Of a stretch of 64,000 bases of DNA, positions 1 through 12,396 are shown one piece after another. This DNA comes from Macrostomum lignano (taxonomy: Eukaryota): positions 62,001 through 126,000 of the forward strand of contig NIVC01001558.1 in NCBI GenBank assembly GCA_002269645.1, read 5' to 3'. The position numbers were made by a program, and so were the translations under genes. Within the stretch, counting starts at the first letter, position 1. Each line of letters begins with the position of its first letter. Under the pieces are notes generated by a model. It made no database searches, was not told the origin of the DNA, and was given only the letters and a program-made list of their open reading frames with translations.

Positions 1-1743
1 AATTTTACGAAGCACGCCTGATAACGGGATAAAAACAAGCTAGCAAACCAGTGGTTTTGCCAATAGTGATTTTATACGAAGCGACGTGGTTAAGTTAACT
101 AGCAATCCAGATTAAACCGTGAGTTACATGTTGGCATATTGTATGATGGTATATGCTCTATGCTTCTAATGATGCTATATGTTCATGTTTGCATGGCTAT
201 TGATAAATGCTAAAGAATTTGAAATATGAATGACACTAATGTTGGGTAAAGTCAATATTTATAACGCTCGTATTTAACTAGTTTACATATAAATAGAACG
301 AAACAGTAGCAGAACAGACTTGAACAGAAACAGCAGACGTACTTGCGTACAGCAGGTAGTTTCATAGTTTATTCCATTTAGTTAATTCAGTTACACTGAA
401 CCTGTCAGTCTCTGTTGATTTCCATCCTGACCACCAGACATCTCGGTACAAATTAAGCTGAAGCATGCACTTGTTCTGCTCCCGTTCACTGTCATATCAG
501 CAAAGTGCCAGTAGTTCGTCTCGGCGATAACTCGTATATGACATATACTCAGCAACATCGAAAAGTCGCCATCACAAAAGATTCCGTCTGTGGTCGCCAC
601 TTTTGAGAGTGCAGGTAAAGTCTCTCAATCTTTGCGAGTGACGCAACTCAGCTACGCCGCGGCAGACTTGGATTGAGGAATGAAGTGGGGAGAGCGGTGT
701 GCGAGGGTTGGACGGATTAAAGCTACTCCTCAGTTTTCTCACATTTTTTATTTTAGAATAGTCCAAGAGAAATTTCTCTTGGAGTATGCTACTGCCCTGG
801 CTTAACTGTTTATTCCTGCATGTACTCAGTTTTTTGTTTAATAAACATGTTGTTTATGGCCTTTGCCTAGTTTTACCGATAACTAAGCTGATATACTGGC
901 TAATTTAGCTTGCCGTTGCATGGCAGGCATGCCTTAGTTAATGTACATGTATTAATGCTTTAATATCACGAGTTATACCATTTATAGAGCACACTTAAGA
1001 AGCAATGAAATATCTTTATATTTGTAATCATAGATACGATATACATTAGCATGTAAAAAGCAAGTCCTGGATCGCGATCATCACGGGTTCCGGTGTCCCG
1101 TTCGCAAGCATTTGGATCGCATTCTTGATATTCAGAATGAGGTCTGAAGAATTAGACTAAGACAACTGTCGTACACTCGGCCTATCCAAATTTCGCTTCC
1201 AAATTCAACACCGCTTTAGATTTGTTGTCAAATTCCTAACAGTCTCATATTTGTTTGTTTGTTTATTAATACTAATTGGAAGTATTGCAATACTACTCAA
1301 GTAGAATTTTCTTGGAAAATTTTAGGAGGCAGATTCTACCGAAAATATTGAGATAGGAGGTTTTTATTTTGCAGCACAAAAATTGTTTTTGCTTTTGATA
1401 GGAGGCAGACCTAATGTTTATCTTTTGATATGTTGTGCCTTTCTTATAGCTCTATAGATATTCATAAAATTAAGTTTTTCGTTTCGAAAATTAGAAATAT
1501 ATGTTAATTTTATATCCTACGTCCAAGTACCTGTCCTATACAAGATAAAGAAATTTAGCCCTATAAACACCAATCTCATTATAAGTGCATTTTAAAGTGA
1601 AATGGGACCTACCAAGGTGTTTTTTATATGATTTTCAATTGTTGTGTCCTCTTGATACCTTTTGGTGGTCCTTGGAAGCCGGACCTGGATGACGGTCCGA
1701 GCCAAGGACCAGTCAACCCCCCCCCCTGTCTCCGCTTCAAGGT

Positions 1744-2310
1744 TCACATGATGAAGCAGCGCCAGCCGCTCCTTCCCAGCTCCTTCTTGCCGGGCGGTCC
1801 GCGGCCCAGCCTGGCCGCCTCCTCGAACACGGCGCAGACTCCGTCCTGAGTCAGGGCGGAGCACTCCAGGTAGCGCACCGCTCCGATGTCCTTGGCCATC
1901 GCCATTCCCTGCAGCCGGCTGATGCACCGGCCAGGCGGGCTGTCCTGCCGCCGGAGGTCCAGCTTGGTGCCAACCAGCAGCAGGGGGGCCAGCGGGCAGA
2001 AGTGGCGAACTTCTTTCACCCATCGGTTGCGCGCGTTCTCGTAGCTGGCCGGCTCAACCAGCGAGAAGCAGATGATGATGACGTCAGTCATGGGGTAGAC
2101 CACGGGCCGCAGGCGGTCGTATTCGCTCTGGCCGGCCGTGTCCCACAGGCTGAGAGCGCAGACAGCCCCGTCGAGGTTGATGATGGTGGAATAGTTGTCA
2201 AACACTGTGGGGATGTGGTCGGCTGGGAAAGCATTGCTGACGTAGCAGATCATCAGGCTGGTCTTGCCGACCTCGCCGTCGCCAACGACTACCGCCTTGA
2301 TGGTGTCCAT
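1744..2310 (-). CDS. rac: Rac/Rho-family small GTPase, single exon, 188 aa
   Basis: G1 GDGEVGKT, switch [10 protein letters not shown]3 WDTAGQ, G4 GTKLD, G5 ECSAL, C-terminal CAAX CFIM. Collinear with Rac1 (MxxIKxVVVGDG). Confidence 0.93.
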   Translation of the reverse strand: MDTIKAVVVGDGEVGKTSLMICYVSNAFPADHIPTVFDNYSTIINLDGAVCALSLWDTAGQSEYDRLRPVVYPMTDVIIICFSLVEPASYENARNRWVKEVRHFCPLAPLLLVGTKLDLRRQDSPPGRCISRLQGMAMAKDIGAVRYLECSALTQDGVCAVFEEAARLGRGPPGKKELGRSGWRCFIM

Positions 2311-3467
2311 TTGGCTAGCGGCTGCTGCTGGTTCTGCTGCAGCAATTGAATAATTGGCTTTCAGCGCCGTTTTTCCGTTGTTTTCAGTTTTGTTTTACTT
2401 CGAGAGAGGATTTCTGTGCAGTAAGCTTTGTGGCTTATTAGAGTGAAAATGAACTTATTTAGCAGGCAGACTGCAGGCTAAGGATGCCACTGCGATCAGA
2501 TATTTAAACTCTATCTTTGGTCAGTGGCGGTTAGCTGAGTTATTAAAACTGCAGCTTACAAGTGGGTGGCTGTGGGTGCTGCACGATCCGCCTCAGGCTG
2601 TGTTCTAGTCGCCCCCCTCCCAAGAGGCAAATCAAAAATGCGATTTATTTTCACTGTCTTCCCTCGCGACCACCCGCCACCCAATCCAGCCAAACAGAGC
2701 TGTGGCGCATTGCCAGTGTGCATGGTGACAGCCATAATTCGCTTGGGGCATCGCATATGCACAGCTGCACCGCTTTTTGCTTGACGATGTTTATCGCCAG
2801 ATACACGTAATACCAGCCTGTGCCTGTGTCTGCACCATGTAATATTGAGAAATTAAAGGACAAATTGCTTTTCTATAAAATGAAAAATCAATGGATTATA
2901 TAAGTTAGAAATGTTTATTTTAATATAGTTAATATTTCGATGATTATTCAAGAAAAAATTAGAATATAATTATAATAATTGAATGGGCAACTCAGTACAT
3001 TTGCGTGTAAGCTACTTTCAGTTCAGTAGCGAGTTTAAATAGAAGCATTTTAACGTATTTTAAGACAAGGCCCTCGGACCCCCAGCGGAACCCCAGCTGT
3101 GTGGAAGGACCCCCAGCGAATCTTTCCACACAAAATCCTCGGTGTTGCAGCCTAAAGCTGGCATGTACATTCTCAGTGGCTCTGTCTGGCTAATGTACAT
3201 TACGGCTGCACCAATAGCCAGTTGTTTGCGTCTGCGAGTAACTCCAACTGCTTGTCTTCATAAAATAGCTTGCGCATTCTTCCTTACTACTGAGCTGAAA
3301 GTAGAGAAACTGCTGTATGCCTAGGCAATACATGTATAAGCATTAACATCAGCAACAATGCATTACAACGTGTGCTTCAAACTACGAGCGTAATAAATAC
3401 TTTAACCACCACGATTTCAAGCATTACAGGTAAACCTAGTACACCTCCGTAACTTTGTACATGGTCC

Positions 3468-4183
3468 TCAATGGCAGCCCTCAATGTGCATCTGCATGTG
3501 CTTCAGGTAGACTCTGGGAACGAAGCCGGGCTCGCCCAGTCTGTGCAGCTGATTCACCAAGCACTTGCCGCAGTAGGGGCTCACTGGCGGCCGCTCTCGG
3601 GGACAGTCGTTGCTGTCGCACACGTGCCGGTGCAGCTGCTGCTCCCGCATCGCCTGGCTGGTCTGGCGCTTCCACTTTGTCCTGCAAGCGGAATCAATTA
3701 AAACGACTTGGTTTCAATGGTGGCCCAAAAGAGAGAAGCCTCAATGATCTGCTGTGACTCTCATCGGCATTCTCACCTGCGGTTCTGATACCAAGTCTTC
3801 ACCTGAGTCTCAGTCAGCTCCAGCTGCTCTGCAATGTCAGCCCTGTCAGCCACGCTCAGGTACTTCTGACAGTGGAACCGGCGCTCCAGAAACTGCAGCT
3901 GCGAGTGCGTGAAGGCCGTCCGCCGGCGGCGTTTGCCCGCACCGCCGCCACCGTCGGCAACTCCGTCGACATCCGCGTCGTCTTCTGCCTCCGCATCGGC
4001 TGCATCGGCATCGTCCGCGGTGTCAGCCGGGCCGGGGACGTCGCTATGATGGTTGGAGTCCTCCTCGGACTTAAGAATATTTCGCATTAGGAAAGACTGT
4101 CCACCGCAGACGCTGGTAGTTGACTTCTGCGGCTTCCCGACGTCTCTGCCGACTTCCTCTGCTGGCGTCGCCTTGTCCGCCAT
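3468..4183 (-). CDS. barh: BarH-like (NKL) homeobox transcription factor, 2 exons
   Basis: Exon1 4183-3777, intron 3776-3682 (gtgag..gcag), exon2 3681-3468. Spliced homeodomain [52 protein letters not shown]|[15 protein letters not shown] and the N-terminal eh1/FIL motif SFLMRNIL are BarH-family hallmarks. Confidence 0.88.
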
Positions 4184-4220
4184 TTTCTTTGAGGCGAAGC
4201 GAGGCGTGCGACGAGGCGAG

Positions 4221-4230
4221 CCTTTATATC
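4221..4230 (-). promoter_or_regulatory. candidate TATA box of the BarH-like gene
   Basis: GATATAAAGG on the minus strand, about 40 nt upstream of the ATG at 4183. Position-only argument. Confidence 0.25.
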
Positions 4231-4879
4231 AGCGAGCCGCCTTGTGGCTCATTATCGCGTCATTTCTCCCGGCGCAAATATTCGTGTTTTCCCTTCCGCC
4301 AAAGCATTTTACCGCCATTCATGCGACCGGGGCCTGCTAAGTAACAAGATCACACGGCCTGGCAGCGCTGAAGAATGGCTGAGCAGCCCTCCAGGCGCCT
4401 TTAACGCCTGCTGAAAGGGAAATTATTAAGGCAGCGAAAGCGGCCTGGCTAGCAAATTGTGCCAGTTCCAACGGGCCCTCGCCATTGGCCCGCCTGGCAG
4501 TCAATTTTCTCGGTGGCACAATGCCTGCAGGGTACAAGCCCCAGTTCCCGTGCGAGCCTCAATTTCCCCTATTTGGTGTCGAGTTATGGAAGTGAGCGGC
4601 TTTCAAATTGGCCGCCGAGTGTTAAATAAATGCCCACTTGAGCGGAAGCTGCTTGCTTCGCTTGGCGAGGATCGGTTGCGCTGGACAATGAAATCTGCGG
4701 TTATTGGCGAGCACAGAGGAGTATAGCGAGTGGCTTAGGGCCGCCAAAGTGGATGGCAAAGTTGATTTTTGTTCAAAAGCGAAGTCCGGATTCCTCGCTA
4801 GACAGCTTATCCTTAATCTGAGGCGTTGAATATAGCTTGAAATTGCAAGCACTTTGGCTACAGAACTGTATGGCATAAC

Positions 4880-5372
4880 AGGCTATGACTGTAGCAGCGT
4901 AGGTTATGACTGCTGCAGAGTAGGTTATGACTGTAGCAGAGTAGGTTATGACTGTAGCAGAGTAGGTTATGACTGCTGCAGAGTAGGTTATGACTGCTGC
5001 AGAGTAGGTTATGACTGTAGCAGAGTAGGTTATGACTGCTGCAGAGTAGGTTATGACTGCTGCAGAGTAGGTTATGACTGTAGCAAAGTAGGTTATGACT
5101 GTAGCAGAGTAGGTTATGACTGTAGCAGAGTAGGTTATGACTGTAGCAGAGTAGGTTATGACTGCTGCAGAGTAGGTTATGACTGTAGCAGAGTAGGTTA
5201 TGATTTCTGAAGAGTAGATTATGATTTCTGAAGAGTAGGTTATGATTTCTGAAGAGTAGGTTATGACTGTAGCAGAGTAGGTTATGATTGCTGAAGAGTA
5301 GGTTATGATTTCTGAAGAGTAGGTTATGACTGTAGCAGAGTAGGTTATGATTGCTGAAGAGTAGTAGGTTAT
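4880..5372. repeat. 21-bp minisatellite (GTAGGTTATGACTGTAGCAGA), about 23 copies
   Basis: Direct tandem copies visible; a partial dispersed copy lies at about 6031-6080. Confidence 0.95.
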
Positions 5373-6175
5373 GTTGTGCCCGGGTGCTTTTGCACCGATG
5401 AGCAATCTCTGGCTCCCGGTCAAGTGTGCCCAGCACTCCCGGCCGCGTGCCTGCGCCAACCCCCCATTCTGTTTGCGTCAACCCCCCCACCCATTCTGTC
5501 TGCGTCAACCCCCCCTCCAGTTGCACCCACCCACTGTCTGTTAGGTCAGCCGGTTTTGGCTGGCTGCGGCTCCAGTGCGCCCCTCGCTCGCCCTGCGATT
5601 GGCTGGTGGTAGTGATACCCCAGGGCTTAACCAGCTAGCGTAAATATAAATATGTGCAGGATAGAATATGTGCAGGTAGGGGAGGCATCTTTTTGGTTGA
5701 ATTGTGCAAGACACAGCCATAACGAGCTATTGCAATCAGATCCGAAGTTATACTCGGTTACTCAGAAGTTACCCAGCCAGAACTGAAGAGCGAAGTTGAG
5801 AGAAGCCTCTCCTACTGCGTCGCCGCTGCTTCGGGAAGATAAAAGAGTGAGTCGCGCTTTTTCTCATTTGAGGGACTGGCGGGGATTAATTCGTGCAATA
5901 GGGACGGGCTGATCAAGTCTCTTGACGCGATCCCTCGCTCAGAGTCCGAAGTTAGTCCGGTCAGTTGACTGACGCCATCTTCGGCTCGTTCACTGAGATA
6001 ATCAGAGTCGCGATCCGGCCTGTAGCACAACAGTTATGACTGCTGCACAGTAGGTTATGATTGTAGCAAGGTAGGTTATAACTTGGCTATGAATTTGTCA
6101 CTCGGCAGGGTGTCTGAAATGAGATTTCCCTTGCATAACTTAGAAGATTTCTGTCTACTGAAGTGCAGCTGTTTA

Positions 6176-7002
6176 TTAGCAAAGCCAATAATTTCGTGTA
6201 TTTGTTTTCACAAAAATACTTAATAAAAACATTCGATTGTAAAGCAATAAAGATTTGTTCGGACGCCAACTCAACAGGGATTTACAACTCCGCACTGTGC
6301 CTCTGCGGCCTCCACCGCTGCTGCTGCTGCTGCTGGCACAGCTGCCGCCGCCGCCGTCTCCGTTGCCTTTGCAGGTGTCTTCGAGCATCGCTAGCGGACA
6401 GCATTGACGACCTTCGCTGTTGCGGCGGTGCAGCTTCCGAGGCGGCTGCCCGCTGTTTTGCTCCGCTTCCTCGGCCGCCTCGACAGACGGCGACAGCGGC
6501 GGCGGCTCCCAGCAGGCGCAGCTGTTGATGCGACACCACAGAGCGGCGCCCCAGACTGAGCCGCCCACTGTGGCTGCCGCGCCCACCGCCAGAAGCCAGG
6601 CGCCTGCCAGGCCGAGCGCGCCACCACTGTACTCGCCTGGCCTTCCCGCTGGCTCAGCAGAGCCGCCCTGTACAGGCAGCCAGTGCCAGCGACAAGCAGA
6701 GCCGCGCCAAGCAGAGCGCAGGTGGCGCATTTCAGGTACTGCCGGCGCTCTGCCCGGGGCCGACGCTCCCGCCCGGCTGAAGGGATCTCGCCGCAGGCTG
6801 CGTAATAAGATGAAGCGTAGAGGCTGCAGGTGGAGGATCGCCGGTCCAGGGCGGACGCGGAAGAAACTCGCCGGCTGAGAAGGCCGCCGCTGCCGCCACC
6901 GCCGCTTCCTGCTAAGAGGTTGTATGACGGCGCCAGCAAGCTCACATGCGGAGCGGAAAGGTGGTGAATTGAGTCGGAGGCTGGGGCTCGCACGGAGCGC
7001 AT
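6176..7002 (-). CDS. putative two-transmembrane protein, split across two frames
   Basis: Frame of ORF 6391..7002 gives the N-terminus and TM1 (YLKCATCALLGAALLVAGTGCLYRAALL). Frame of ORF 6176..7108 gives TM2 (GALGLAGAWLLAVGAAATVGGSVWGAALWC) and the tail. The switch lies at about 6630-6680. Acceptor ctctctacag is upstream of the ATG. Confidence 0.5.
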
Positions 7003-7430
7003 GCTGATGCAGCTGATGCTGGCTGGAGGCTGGGAAAATTCTGTAGAGAGAGAAATTCACTGAGATTCGGTGCACAGCACTTATATAGCTACATGTAAAT
7101 TGATCCAAGGCAGGAGTGTCGAGTCTCTCACAAAACTCTCATATAGTCAGATGAGCTTGATTGATCGGTCAGAGAATTTCGGCTGTATTGGCAACACGGC
7201 CCCATGCTTAGCTAATGCCGAATGGGCCGCGATCTTCATCAAACACAGGCGGACAGTCCAGTTTATGTGTAAAATGACGCCAAGTTTGTAGGCCCTGCGC
7301 AAGCTCGTAAAGGCGCAGCTCAGAAAGCCGGAAAAGTCGTTAGGCTAAGAATTGACTCCGAAAGGGCGCCGCTCCTTTTTGTATTTAAAAATCAGTCAAA
7401 AAGGAAAGGTAGATTTAAGGACTCCGATGG

Positions 7431-7945
7431 ATCCAATGAGCGGAAAGGCAGATTCAATGAGCGGAGAGGCAGATTCAATGAACGGAAAGGCAGATTCAAT
7501 GAGCGGAGAGGCAGATTCAATGAACGGAAAGGCAGATTCAATGAGCGAAAAGGCAGATTCAATGAGCGGAGAGACAGATTCAATGAGAGGAGAGGCAGAT
7601 TCAATGAGCGAAGAGGCAGATTCAATGAGCGGAGAGGCAGATTCAATGAGCGAAGAGGCAGATTCAATGAGCGGAGAGGCAGATTCAGGGAGCGGAGTGA
7701 GCGGAGAGGCAGATTCAGGGACTGAATGAGCAGGAGCGGAGTGAGCAGAGGCAGATTCAGGGACTGCAGGAGCGGAGTGAGCGGAGAGGCAGATTCAGGG
7801 ACTGAATGAGCGGAGAGGCAGATTCAGGGAGCGGAGTGAGCGGAGAGGCAGATTCAGGGACTGAATGAGCGGAGAGGCAGATTCAGGGAGCGGTGTGAGC
7901 GAAGAGGCAGATTCAGGGAGCGGAGTGAGCGGAGAGGCAGATTTA
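7431..7945. repeat. 21-bp minisatellite (GCAGATTCAATGAGCGGAGAG) with a variant 3' half
   Basis: Tandem copies visible; produces the repetitive ORFs 7352..7729 and 7392..7667. Confidence 0.95.
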
Positions 7946-8863
7946 GAAATGAAACACGGAAGGAGAAGCTCTAGTGCAAATAAATTTTTTATCAAGTAAT
8001 GTCCGCATAGCTATGAAGAATTAATCTCAGTGAGCAATCTCTGTGATTGATGCCTTTGCACTTAGCCAATGCTAGCTATAAATAGCCTGTTGCCGATATC
8101 GGTCGAACAGTGCAAAAGTGTTTCAAGCAATAAAAAAGCCAGTCAATTTTGGCATAAGCTACTTGTTGGAGTGTCGGGCACAGTGTATATCGTCACAGAT
8201 ATCCAGTTTTTGATACTGTTATATATTTCTTGCATAGACGCAATGGTAAATAATGCGGCATCATTTGTAGTTGTGCAACGTAAAATGAGTTGGAAAAATA
8301 TCAGGTTTAAAATAAAAATAAATAAATACGCTGGTACAGCCAGTAAACAGGAGGTTTGACACGGCGACTGGTGCAAAACAAAAATGATAAAAAATAACAA
8401 AGGAGACTAGGTAAGACTCTGCAAATATAAGCAATAGAAGGAGTGCAGATTAGTGTGGCTTTAGACAACAGCTATTAGAGTCCTACTCAACACCTTAAAC
8501 AGAGATGAATGTTTTTATATACTATCCTAAACCAAGTGTTCTCACGCAATAGAATTTGGCTTGCAGTGCTCAAGCTGAACAGAAATATGAGTAACTGATC
8601 ATGTTTCCACTTAAGCAGTGGCAGGAGTTGCTCAAGAAATCAAATATAGCATTTTCCACATCCGTTTTAAATAGGAAGCTCTTGTTCATGCCAGTGGGGA
8701 TTTAAATATCTATAGAATATAATCTAACAGGATCATGCACTAAGCAAAGCCTTTTATGCATTTTTGATACTTTGTTGTGCAAAATCCAATTCATAATAAA
8801 ATAAGCTCCGCTTGACATAAAATTGGGGAAGTGAGCTCTCAGAGAAGGCCTCGGTTAGTACCA

Positions 8864-9103
8864 ATAGCTTTCCGATAGCTTTCAGGTAGCTTTCAGATAG
8901 CTTTCAGGTAGCTTTCAGATAGCTTTCCAATAGCTTTCCGATAGCTTTCAGGTAGCTTTCATGTAGCTTTCCGATAGCTTTCAGGTAGCTTTCAAATAGC
9001 TTTCCGATAGCTTTCCGATAACTTTCCGATAGCTTTTCGATAGCTTTTCGATAGCTTTCAAATAGCTTTCCGATAGCTTTTCGATAGCTTTCTGATAGCT
9101 TTC
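8864..9103. repeat. 11-12-bp minisatellite (GATAGCTTTCC / GGTAGCTTTCA)
   Basis: Tandem copies visible just 3' of the CRAL-TRIO gene. Confidence 0.9.
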
Positions 9104-9288
9104 CGAGAACTAACTGATTGTATCCATCGACAAGCACAAAAGTTATTCAGCGATCCATCTACTTCAAGTAGGATATTAATGATTTCTTAGTCTATAATGG
9201 GGCCATTCAGCCATCACAGAGCCGCTACATTAGCCAATGAAATATATCAGCAACCAGTCCATTCCCAGCAGGATATCAATGAGCCCTA

Positions 9289-11186
9289 TCAGTCACCCGA
9301 TCCGCTCTCGTCATCGTTGATGCACTGCAGACTGTTCTGGCCAAACCATTCCGTCCAGTGGCCGGACATCAGCTGGTGATAGAACGGCGTCAATGGCAGC
9401 TGAACGGCCAGGCAGCCGTGGAAAGGTGGCTCAGGCGGCAGCAGGGCGGCTGGCACGCAGGCGTGCAGGGCGGCCACATCGTCGCCGTGGTTGTGCACGC
9501 GGTCGGCCAGCTTGCTGGGCAGCAGGGCGGAAGCGACCCGGCAAGTTGTGTTGAAAAACCGGCCGCCACGGACGACGTTCAGGGCGCAGACTCGGACAGG
9601 CAGGGCCTTGTGAACCACGGCCCGGTAGCGCCGGAAGTAGCGCAGGTCCAGGCGCCGGATGTGGCGCAGGGCAAGGCCGGACATGTCGAGCACGACTGAG
9701 ACGCCGCAGACCTGCGACCGGAGTTTTGTGCTCATCAGAATAGTGCTAGGTGTAGGGTGCTGGGCGATGCTTAGTGGGACCGGAAGTTGATGCTTAGTGG
9801 GACCGGAAGTTGATGCTTAGTGGGACCGGAAGTTGATGCTTAGTGGGACCGGAAGTTGATGCTTAGTGGGACCGGAGGGTGGATGCTTAGTGAGACCGGA
9901 GGGTGATGCTTAGTGAGACCGGAGGGTGATGCTTAGTGAGACCGGAGGGTGTTGCTTAGTGAGACCGGAGGGTGATGCTTAGTGGGACCGGAGGGCGATG
10001 CTTAGTGGGACCGGAGGGCGATGCTTAGTGAGACCGGAGGGCGATGCTTAGTGGGACCGGAGGGCGATGCTTAGTGAGACCGGAGGGCGATGCTTAGTGG
10101 GACCGGAGGGCGATGCTTAGTGGGACCGGAGGTTGATGCTTAGTGGGACCGGAGGGTGATGCTTAGTGGGACCGGAGGGCGATGCTTAGTGGGACTGGAG
10201 GGTGATGCTTAGTGGGACTGGTGGAGGGTGATGCTTAGTGGGACCGGAGGGCGATGCTTAGTGGGACCGGAGGGTGATGCTTAGTGGGACCGGAGGGCGA
10301 TGCTTAGTGGGACTGGAGGGTGATGCTTAGTGGGACTGGAGGGCGATGCTTAGTGGGACCAAAGGGTGATGCTTAGTGGGACTGGAGGGTGATGCCTAGT
10401 GGGACTGGAGGGTGATGCTTAGTGGGACTGGAGGGCGATGCTTAGTGGGACTGGAGGGTGATGCCTAGTGGGACTGGAGGGTGATGCTTAGTGGGACCGG
10501 AGGGTGATGCTTAGTGGGACCGGAGGGTGGATGCTTAGTGGGACCGGAAGTTGATGCTTGTTACAATATGGGTGATGATTTTCAGATGATTACTGATGAG
10601 ATCAGGCGGTTGATCTTTGATAGGATTCCATAATTTTTTAAGTTTTCCGTGATCACAAACGCAGAAGATGCCTCACCTGAGTATCCTCTTCCTCTAGCAG
10701 GGCCTCCATGACAACGCAGGTAGCCCGCACGAGTTCAGTGCTGGAGTACTTGGCGCAGTCCCAGAGGCCCAGTCTGTACAGCACGATCCGCCTGCCCTCA
10801 CCGTCCCTGTGAGGCAGCACAACAAGCACGCCGTCCTCAAGCACAGGCCGCACCCCAGCTGGTCCATAGTCGTCAAATACGTCAGGGAATTTGCGCCTTA
10901 CTCGCAGATAAGCTCTAATCCGTTTGTGCGCGCCGTCGACGTTAAACTTGCGGTGGCGAAGGAACTTTAATAAGAAGGCGTCGTCCGTGCGACAACGCAT
11001 GGTAGCATCCGATTGAATGGCGGAGCGTAGAGCTGACAGGGCGGCAGACCGGGTCTCCGGGGTCTCGCCCAGCTCCTGTTCAGCGCGCCTGCGGGCCGCC
11101 TCGGAGAGGCCGCTGGCTGACTGCTGCTGCTGCTGCTGGCATGCGCCCAGCGCAGTCAGCTGAGGGGCTCTGGCGGCGTCAGTCAT
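9289..11186 (-). CDS. CRAL-TRIO (Sec14-like; alpha-tocopherol transfer protein/clavesin-like) lipid-binding protein, 2 exons, about 310 aa
   Basis: Exon1 11186-10677 (CRAL-N motif TDDAFLLKFLRHRKF; PHRDGEGRRIVLYRLG), intron 10676-9712, exon2 9711-9289. Phase-0 join EEEDTQ|VCGVSVVLDMSG matches the family motif ETQxxGxxxIxD. Confidence 0.9.
9765..10559. repeat. 23-bp intronic minisatellite (GATGCTTAGTGGGACCGGAGGGT)
   Basis: Fills most of the CRAL-TRIO intron. Confidence 0.95.
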
Positions 11187-12396
11187 GCAATTATGAGAAT
11201 AAAAATATTGATTAATACTGTTTGAAATGAATTGTTTCTGCAGCTGTGGAGTCAATTCATACTTATAGTGAAATATGACCAAAATACATTTTTGCCTAAA
11301 CTAGCCAACCAAAAATAAATTTACATTTAGTCTATCTAAATAGTATCAAAAGAATGATTTATATTGGATGACACAAGGCAAATAAAAATTCTATCATTTT
11401 TGTATATATGGTATAGAAACATTTTAAAATTCCACAAAAACATGCAAAATGCCTAGCTTTAAAAAAGTTTATTATAATAATATAAAAAGAATATTTTATC
11501 CAAAAGGCATATGGCCATCTTTATAGTTATTTGTTTAGGACTTTGTTTGAATTTAACAAAATAAAAGGAAGTAGTGGCATTAATGCTTTAGATTTTATTC
11601 ATTAAGAATTTTTTAAAAACCTAATTAGAAAGATATTTTTGTTATTAATCTTATATGGTTCAAAGATTTTTTTTACTAATTACCAATAAAAACCAGAATA
11701 AAAGTAGATTTTTATAAACAAAAATCAAATAAAGACAAAATATTATGCTAGTATAATTATAGTTTCATGCAGTTTTTTTATTTATCTTCTAAAATGAAAT
11801 ATGTTATTTTGTAACTTCTTTTTTATTTACTACATCATTCTATATCTTTTGAAATATATAACTTTAAATATATATAATCTTTGAAAGAATATTATTTCAA
11901 CTTGCATCGCACTATAGTCTATAGTCTATAGACTGTTCATAATAATAGTAATAATCTATTGTTATATTAAATTTTATCAATGAAAACGAACAAAAGAGAA
12001 AATCCTAATTTTTGTCCTTAATTTAAAAATAACAGCGAAATAGTTTAATGGCACAATAATCCGTATGTGCTGGCTAAAATATTAAAACTTAATCAGTACA
12101 ATAATCATCTTGGAAATAAAAGCGGACTGTTCAATCGATAACTTTAAAAACAGTATTAAAATCATTAAAACATCATAACAAACATAAACTGAATTTAGAA
12201 GTAAGACGAACGAAAAATGTTACAAACTAATAAAAGCTTTTCTTTTCTTATTTTAAAAAATTAAAAAGATATAGATTATTTATTTTTCAGTGAATCTAAG
12301 CTCAATTTTTTTGTTGATTGCATCCGTTTTTGAGTGAATGAAAGTGCGAGAATTTACTTTTCTTGACATGCAATTGGAGTCGCCGAGGCTTTTGAA

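Noticed and set aside
391-766. Two short overlapping minus-strand ORFs
   Set aside because: No recognisable motif, splice logic or coding-like composition.
4773-5526. Long repetitive ORFs on both strands (YSATVIT, GYDCSRV, HNLLCYS)
   Set aside because: The 21-bp unit equals 7 codons, so open frames are automatic; there is no non-repeat domain or splice context. The same applies to ORFs over the other minisatellites.
10593-10620. Hammerhead-like CTGATGA plus stem GATCA/TGATC
   Set aside because: The required GAAA after stem II is absent. The other CTGATGA hits (about 32338, 53907, 53950) also lack the core.
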